From Thecamonas trahens ATCC 50062 (taxonomy: Eukaryota > Protista > Apusomonadida), in contig NW_013657660.1 of NCBI RefSeq assembly GCF_000142905.1, positions 458,056 to 522,055 on the forward strand: DNA of 64,000 bases, read 5' to 3'. A program made the translations under genes and the position numbers. This document shows, one piece after another, positions 53,477 through 61,356 of the stretch (the first letter of the stretch is position 1; every line of letters starts with the position of its first letter). Under the pieces are notes generated by a model. That model ran no database searches. It was not told the origin of the DNA and saw only the letters and a program-made list of their open reading frames with translations.

Positions 53477-55102
53477 TTACATCGGCAGCTCGCCCTCGAG
53501 GAGAGCGAGGGCGATGCGCTTGCGGAACTGCGGCATGTGCTTCTGGTCGAAGACCAGGTCGCAGTCGCGAGCAACAAAGTTGGCGTACGAGAGCGCAAAA
53601 ACGCCGCAGTCGTAGCCATTGCGCTGGACAGGGATGTCCTTGGGCACATAGTCGGTCCACTGTGAGACGTCGAGCTCGATCGAGTGCTTGTCGGCAAAGT
53701 CGTCGACGATCCAGCGGCGCATCGTGTCAAGCGCCGCATGGTTCGTGCTCAGCAGTGCGTCGTAGTACTCGAAGCGCTTGTCGCGGAGATTGACAACAGC
53801 AAGCGTCCAGTGTGTCCCGAGGTGGACCGGGAAAATGACCTTGTCGATGTCGCGGAGGTCGACCTTTTTGGTCCAGCGGCGGACCTTGCGGTAGTTGTAC
53901 CGGCAGCGGAGCTCGTAAATGGAGGCGTAGAAGAATGAGTTGAAGAAGAAGCACCGCGGGCCCACGCCCGCGGCAGCCTCAGCGTCGGCCCTGGCCTGCA
54001 GCATGACGACCATGCCGTTGACGACCTCGTCGTTGAGCCACTCACCGGGGCCGAGCGAGGCAAAGTCGTGGCCGGTGATTGGGATCGAGCCGACGCACGC
54101 AAGCTGCTGAGCTGGCGGCGCACGGAAGGCCTGCCGCAACATGTTGCGCTCGCGATCGTCGAGCTTGGCCGACCACGCAGAGAGGAGGGCGTCGGCATGC
54201 GGGCCGGAGTCGTCGTCGCCGCGCAGTGCGGCCTCAATCTCGCGGCTGGTGTACTTTTCGAGCCGGGCCCGCTCCTCGGCGATGGCGCGAGCGCGAGCGG
54301 ACTTCTCCTCGATTTCGGCCATGCGGAGCGCAGAGCGCCACGAGTCGGTAGCCGATGCATCCGGCGACGATGCGCCCGATGCTGCAGCTAGCGACGACCG
54401 CCGCCGCCTCCGCGCCGTCTCCAGCGCGGCATCCATCCGACTCGGGGTCCGCGGGTCACGCGGTTGGCTGGGGTCGGTCATGAGGGCCACAAACTTACTC
54501 GGCCCGCCTTCAAGCTCGTCGACGGAACCCATCAGCCGCGTACGCTCCTCGCGCCGGAGCCGAGTCCGCTCCAGCGATAGCGCCTTGGCCTTGGCGTAGG
54601 CCGAGTCCTCACGCAGCGGAGCGTGGGTGACAGGCGCGGTGCTCTCGTTGTCGTCGTCAGACGAGATGACAATGACGTCGTCGAGGCCAGCGTTGTCGGG
54701 CGCGTCAGCCGAGGCAAGCGGCGACGACGGCAGTCGCACTAGCGAGGCACGAAACTCATCGGCCTCGCGGCGATCCTCGAGCATGTCCAGAATCGGGCGG
54801 CGCGACGAGGGCGAGCGTGCCGACATAACGGAGCGGGATCCGAGTCGCGACCAGCGAAGCGAAGACGGTCGGCTGAGTGAGTGATCCAGAGCCGGAACCT
54901 GAGCAGGGCGGCCGATAGGCGAGCAGAGAGAAGCCGTCAACGGTGCGGACGAGCTCGGCGTGTTTAGCAGCCGCTGGCGCTTGTGGGTGTCAGTAGCGTC
55001 CAGGGAAGCGCTGGGCAAGGTAGGAGTTCTGCTACGCTTGGAGCCAACAGTGAGTGTGTCGGCCACAGAGTCAGACACGCGAGAGTGGCTGGAGGAAGAC
55101 AA
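53477..55102 (-). CDS. Ulp1/SENP1-type SUMO protease (C48); 5' end unresolved
   Basis: WLNDEVVN, FNSFFY, VRRWT, PVHLGTHW, YYD, QRNGYDCGVF (His-Asp-Cys triad); SIM-like DDVIVISSDDD. Confidence 0.93.
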   Translation of the reverse strand: MSSSSHSRVSDSVADTLTVGSKRSRTPTLPSASLDATDTHKRQRLLNTPSSSAPLTASLCSPIGRPAQVPALDHSLSRPSSLRWSRLGSRSVMSARSPSSRRPILDMLEDRREADEFRASLVRLPSSPLASADAPDNAGLDDVIVISSDDDNESTAPVTHAPLREDSAYAKAKALSLERTRLRREERTRLMGSVDELEGGPSKFVALMTDPSQPRDPRTPSRMDAALETARRRRRSSLAAASGASSPDASATDSWRSALRMAEIEEKSARARAIAEERARLEKYTSREIEAALRGDDDSGPHADALLSAWSAKLDDRERNMLRQAFRAPPAQQLACVGSIPITGHDFASLGPGEWLNDEVVNGMVVMLQARADAEAAAGVGPRCFFFNSFFYASIYELRCRYNYRKVRRWTKKVDLRDIDKVIFPVHLGTHWTLAVVNLRDKRFEYYDALLSTNHAALDTMRRWIVDDFADKHSIELDVSQWTDYVPKDIPVQRNGYDCGVFALSYANFVARDCDLVFDQKHMPQFRKRIALALLEGELPM

Positions 55103-55825
55103 AGGAGGAGGAGGAGGAGGAGGAGGAGGAGGAGGAGGGAGGGGTGGGAGCAGACCAGCCTAGCCAGCGTGAGGCCTTGCGGTAGGCAAAGGCAAGGACC
55201 GCCGTAAGCGGTTGAAACTCGGCCGCCACCTTGGACAAGGGTACCTTCCGCAGCACGTGCTGTGCTGGGGGGAGGGGCGGAGGGGGGGAGGGGGAGGGGA
55301 GGAGGGGAGGTGTGGCACGAGAGTGCAGTGTGCGGGTGTGGGTGCTGGAGTGATGGCGACTGGGCGGGCGTTGGGCGAGCGTTGGGCAGGGAGGGAGGGA
55401 GGGAGGGAGGGAGGGAGGGAGGGGGTGGTCTGGGCGTCGATGTGATGATTATGGGTGATGGAATATCGGATATGAGCTTGACTAGCTAGTCATGGCATGG
55501 GGCCATGGTGCGATGGCTGGCGGTGTGGCTTGCGGCGGGACCTGTTGTATGGCGTACGATTAACTGAGGTGATTAATTGATGGCTCGCCGCAAGATGGCA
55601 AGGAACACACAGGTCGCGCACACCAAAGGGTTGACAAGCGGGGAGTGGACAGGGGAGGAAGGCGAGTGAGAAGGCAAGCCACACCACTTCCTCAAGAGGG
55701 CAAGGAGGTATTTACGTGTTCGAGAGAGTGCGAGAGAGTGAGAGTGAGTGTTAGTCCCCCTTCTCTATCTCTCTCTCTGTGTACGCTTGGCTGACGTCTT
55801 GTTTGGCTGTGGAGGCTGAAGGCGA

Positions 55826-58383
55826 ATGTCGTCGTCCAAGGGTGGGTCGCTTCACCCGCGAGCTATGGACTATGACACGTCATGGGCTACGCTCTCTGAG
55901 GCTATGAAGGCCATCATGAGGTTGGAGGCTGTCAACTCGATGTCGGGAATGCAGCTGTATCGGCTGGTGTACTCGCTGGCGTGTGCGCATCCGCGGTCGT
56001 ACTCGCCGGACATGTACGTAGGGGTGGAGACGTTCCTCTTGGCGGAAGCGTCGCGCATTGCTGACTCGCTTGTGGCGCTGTCGGCCGACTCGCTGCTCGA
56101 GCAGTACTCCAAGGCGTGGTATACGTACGAGCTTGGCTCGCGGATCATGTCGCATGTCATTTTCAACTTTCTCAACGACAACTGGATCACCCGCCGGCTC
56201 GACAACGCCCGTGCCGCCCTCACCTCGATCTACCTGAGCACGGCAGAGGAAAGGCTGGGCAAAGCCGGGGCCGGTGGCAGCAACGAGAGCACGGGCGGAA
56301 AGGGCTCGGGTGGAAGAGGCCGGGGCCGGTTCCGGCGAGCAAGCAGGTGTACAAGATCGACGAGCTGGCGCTGCTTATGTGGCGCGACAAGGTGCTTGCG
56401 CCGCTCAAGGACCGGCTGGTGTATGCCATCCTGGAGCAAGTTCGCAAGGAGCGTGACGGCGAGGCCATCGAGCGCGAGCTTGTTGTCAAGCCGATCGAGT
56501 CGATGGTCAAGCTCGGGCTCGAGCGCAACAAGCCGCTCGCAGTCTACAGCGAGACCATTGAGCTGCCGTACATTGCGGCACTCCACGAGTACTACGCAGC
56601 CGAGACGACCAACTTTCTGGCTCAGAATGCGGTGCCCGACTACTACAGCCACGCAGAGACGCGGATGGCGGAAGAGTCTGCGCGGGCGGTGCTGTTTCTC
56701 GACACATCGTCGGAGCCGCGGGTGACGGCGGCACTGACCGACATCTTTGTCACGGCGCATCTCCCTGCACTCCAGGGCGAGGTCATTCCGCTGGTGGCGG
56801 CAATGGTTGCCGACTCGTCGTCCGAGTCGCACGCGGCGAAAGCGCTTGCACGTGGCTACGCGCTCCTCGCACGGGTGCCCGGAGCCTTTGACTCGGTCCA
56901 GGACGCGCTGGGAGCGTTTGTGGTCGAGCGCGGACTGGCGGCGCTCGACAAGCTCGGTGATGAGCCAGCGTCCAACCCGCGCAAGTATGTGGAGGCACTG
57001 CTGGAGCACTACGCGGCGTTCCGCACAGTGGTGGACACGGCGTTCGCAGGCTCGGGGCAGTTTTCGCTCGTTCTCGACAAGGCGATGCGCGAGATTGTCA
57101 ATGCCAAGCCCAAGACGAATGCGGGTAGCAGCGGGGGAGCGAGCTCGCTGCCGCCGGCGGCGGAGCTGCTCGCCAAGTACTGCGACATGGTACTCCGCAA
57201 GTCGTCCAAGTCGCAGCTTGAGGACGCCGAGCTGAGCAAGGTGCTCGACTCGGTCATGGAGGTGTTCCAGTATCTCGAAGACAAGGACGTGTTCCAGAAG
57301 TTCTACTCGCAAATGTTGGCGAAGCGTCTGATCCAGAGCCTCTCTGTGTCGGACGACGCCGAGTCTGCGATGATCTCGCGGCTGAAGAAGGCGGCTGGCT
57401 ATGAGTACACTTCCAAGCTGCAGAAGATGTTTCAGGACATGACGCTCTCGGACGAGCTCAACGCCAGCTTTGCGACTGCGGTGGAGAAGACTGGAATGGA
57501 CATCGGCGGTGTGGCGTTCTCGTTCAAGGTCCTCACCAAGGGCTCGTGGCCGCTGTCGTCGCCATCGACGCCGTTTGTACAGCCGCCAGAGCTCGACAAG
57601 CTCATCAAGCGGTTCGAGGCCTTTTACAAGAACCAGCACAGTGGACGCGAGCTGTTCTGGCTCCCGGAGCTAACCAAGGGTGAGCTGCGGACGGCATACC
57701 TGGCCAAGAACCACGATCTCATTGTCACCAACTACCAGATGGCCATCCTCTGCCTCTTTAACCGCGGCACGGTCTTTTCAGTTGCGGAAATCGGTAAGCT
57801 GGTTGGTCTCGAGTCGAAGGTCCTCATGCGCAACGTTGCGTCGCTGGTCAAGGTCAAGCTCCTCTCGCTTGTTGCAGATGCCGGAGACACAGCGGTGAGC
57901 CAGGCCGAGCCCAAGGCCGAGGCCAAGGCCAAGACCGAGGCCAAGACCGAGGCCGAGACCGACGATGCGGCGGCGTCGTCGTCAGCCAAGCCGAGCAAGG
58001 GTAAGAAGGGCAAGGGCAAGAAGCGCGCTCCGATCAAGCTCAACTCGTCGACCAAGCTCGAAGTCAACCTCAACTTTAGCAACAAGCGGATCCGGGTCAA
58101 GGTGCTCTCGTCGCTCATCCGCGACTCGACAGAAGAGCGGGCGGCGACTGTTCGCGGAGTGAGCGAAGAGCGGATGTTCTTCCTCCAGGCCGCAGTTGTG
58201 CGGCTGATGAAGGCGCGCAAGAAGATGGCTCACTCGGTTCTTGTTGGCGAGGTCTGCGAGATCGCAGCCGCGCGGTTCAAGCCGCGGGTCGCGCTCATCA
58301 AGAAGGCCATCGAGCAGCTGATTGACAAGGGATATCTTGCGCGTGTCCAGGGCGAGAAGGGCATGTACGAGTACCTGGCGTAG
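55826..58383 (+). CDS. CUL2: Cullin, CUL2-like; -1 frame break between about 56245 and 56345
   Basis: N-terminus SLHPRAMDYDTSW...AHPRS resembles CUL2 (SLKPRVVDFDETW...AYPEP); AELLAKYCD, DKDVFQKFY, GYEYTSKLQKMFQD, neddylation motif VRLMKARK, terminal YEYLA. Confidence 0.85.
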
Positions 58384-59476
58384 CTGTCTTGTCCCCAGAA
58401 GGAAGAAAGGTCTGGGCGGCATGTGGCAGGAAAGGAGGGTGAGGGGTGGGCAAAACAAAACAGTGTCGCAAGCAATGCGCGCGACTGAGCCAGCTCGATT
58501 AACGGCGATAGCTTGACCAGGAGAAGACAGCGAGTCCTTCAGCAATGAGGGTACTGAGCAGATTGAGATCGGCCTAGAGGGCGGCGCCAAGAAGTGGAGG
58601 GCGACCTTCGATGGTGGCGGCGGCATGAACGGGGCGCAGATAATCGGCGATACGGGGTGGTGGCGATCTGCAATGGTTTGGCATCGACGAGAGATTGTAG
58701 GACTCGAGCGCTTGTGGGAGTCGCAGTTGAAAACATGGTGGGTGTGTGTGGTGTGGGTGTGGTGGTTGTGGGTGAGGATGGTGGGGAGTGGGCCCGGGGT
58801 GGTGGGGGGGGGGGGGGGGGGGGGGGCGTTGAGGAAGGTAGGCACTTCGGCGGCGCGGGAGAGGAGGGCGGACGGATTGGGTTGAGATGTACGTCGATGG
58901 AGACGATGGCTTTAGATTGGAGGGGGAGGCAGACCACTGCACTCTAGCCCACCACAACATTGTCTATTGTTTGCCCTTGCCCTCTCTTGTTCTTCCTCGC
59001 CATGGCCAGCCCGGTGGTCTCGTCGTCTGGCTCGGTGGTCGGCGGCAGGGGCGGCTGGCGATGAGCAGGCCGGCGGGGGCTGTGATGGGCAAGGCCGGAG
59101 AAGGGAGGGGAGAAGTGGGTTGGAAGGCAAACTGGTAGTCATTGCCAATGACGTGGCTATCTCTATGCATCGCCTCCAAAGCCCTGTCGATGGCTAGCTT
59201 GCTCTCGGTGGTGCCGGCGGTGGTCGGTCGGCGGCGGGCGGAGTGGGATGAGTGTGGTGGTGGCTGCTGGTGCTGTGGGCGAGGTGCGAGTGGTCGAGTG
59301 ACGGCCAGCCACTGGTCGGTCAGCCACTCGTCGGCATGGGCGGCGTGCTGCTGCTGGTGGTGCTGGAGATGAGCAAGCATGAGCTTGAGGCGGCGATGCC
59401 CGGGTTGTTGTTGATGGTGGGGGTGGTGATGGGGATCGTCAGGGGGAAATGGAGGGTTTAAACGTTGCATGCTGGG

Positions 59477-60520
59477 CTACACCATGTTGAGGTCGTGATG
59501 GAGTTCGGCAGCCGCGTCCGTGACATGATCATAGACAGCCACGATCATGTCCTTGAGCTTTGCGACCAAGCCAGTGAGTCTCTCCCGGACGGTCACGCCG
59601 CGGATCCGGATGTCGAACCCTAGCACAGTGAACGATGACATGTTGGCGATGCGGTCGGCATCCGCCGGGTCCGCAAAGAGCCTGTAGGCGGACACGGTCA
59701 GGTCGCGGGTGCGGAAGTTGATGGTGATCGAGATCATCCTCGAGCGTCACTGTGTGGGTGTAGCACCATCAAACTTACCCTTACACCCGGCCTTCCACCG
59801 GACCGGTTGACGACCATGGGTGAGTCTAGGCCGACACGATGACCATGGGACCCGGGGTCGAGCCGGAAGCAGCATCTTGCTTCTTCAACGCCTTCATGCG
59901 AGCGATCGTGCCTCGCATGATCTCCTGCATAACGAAGCGGAGCCCGTCCCTGTGCTGACTCAGATAGGCGTTGAACATGTCCGGGTAGGTCTCGCCGAAC
60001 TCGTAAGCCAGTCTGCCAATGGTGTGGAACTGGAGGCGGTCTGCGCACTCCTCGACCGTCTTCAGAGCCAGTCTTTGCGGTTGTCATGGCTCGTGGTGGC
60101 GGCCTGCCGACCACCGTTGCGTGCTGCAGCGGCGCAGCTGCTGGTCCTATCTGCAGAGCCAGCTCGGATCGCCCGGTGCCGTGGACCAGCGCGTAGTCGA
60201 TGCGGAGAAGCGCCCGATCTCAAACGGCACCACAACCCAGAGCGTGCTGGGGCGCAGGAGAGCATCGATCTCGAGCAGGATGACCGATGACGATGGGAAT
60301 GCAAGGACTCTGGCGTTTGCCATGGAGCATGCCATCCATTCAGCCGCCGGTGACTCGGTGTCGCGACCGACCAAGCCAAACCACAGACCGAGATCGTTGG
60401 CGGCCGGCTCGATGGTGAGGCCGAGACCCGAGACAGCAATCTGTTCAACAACCGCATAGACTGTGCCACACCGCCGCATTCGAACACGTTCAACTCGCCC
60501 ATTGATGCAACAAGCTACGT
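59477..60520 (-). pseudogene. Degenerate coding-like sequence of unknown origin
   Basis: Protein-like fragments with host-like codons (LKTVEECADRLQFHTIGRLAYEFGETYPDMFNAYL; MISITINFRTRDLTVSAYRLF) separated by stops and frame changes. Confidence 0.4.
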
Positions 60521-60640
60521 AATGCCTCCAGCACGCACCGGTACTCGGCAGCGATTGCCTCCTGCCGCGCTTGCTCGGCCTCCAGCCAGGTCTGAGTGGT
60601 GAATGAGGCGATAATTCTGGTGGACACTTAGCTGATGGTG

Positions 60641-61110
60641 NNNNNNNNNNNNNNNNNNNNNNNNNNNNNNNNNNNNNNNNNNNNNNNNNNNNNNNNNNNN
60701 NNNNNNNNNNNNNNNNNNNNNNNNNNNNNNNNNNNNNNNNNNNNNNNNNNNNNNNNNNNNNNNNNNNNNNNNNNNNNNNNNNNNNNNNNNNNNNNNNNNN
60801 NNNNNNNNNNNNNNNNNNNNNNNNNNNNNNNNNNNNNNNNNNNNNNNNNNNNNNNNNNNNNNNNNNNNNNNNNNNNNNNNNNNNNNNNNNNNNNNNNNNN
60901 NNNNNNNNNNNNNNNNNNNNNNNNNNNNNNNNNNNNNNNNNNNNNNNNNNNNNNNNNNNNNNNNNNNNNNNNNNNNNNNNNNNNNNNNNNNNNNNNNNNN
61001 NNNNNNNNNNNNNNNNNNNNNNNNNNNNNNNNNNNNNNNNNNNNNNNNNNNNNNNNNNNNNNNNNNNNNNNNNNNNNNNNNNNNNNNNNNNNNNNNNNNN
61101 NNNNNNNNNN
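60641..61110. other. Assembly gap
   Basis: Run of N. Confidence 1.
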
Positions 61111-61356
61111 GGGGGGGGGGAGTCGTTTCTCGCATAACCTCGTCTCTGCATAAAGCTGTGGGGAAGACTGTTCCCCATACGTTGTAGAGGTCCTTTGTAG
61201 CTGTGGTTGCCGTATGAACGGTAGAGTGGATGAGGAGCCGGCAGGGGGGGTTGGCGCTGGGATCAACCCCCCGTCGATTCTTCGAGCCCGAGTGCTTCAT
61301 CACGGGTGGCCGTGGTGGAGATCGACGAGAAGGACAAGAACAGGTTAATCTGCAGT

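Noticed and set aside
6533-58383. Functional cluster of chromosome/SUMO/ubiquitin genes (SMC3, SLF2-like, SENP, CUL2) or ciliary genes (CFAP100, WDR34)
   Set aside because: Interspersed with unrelated housekeeping genes over tens of kb; consistent with chance in a compact genome
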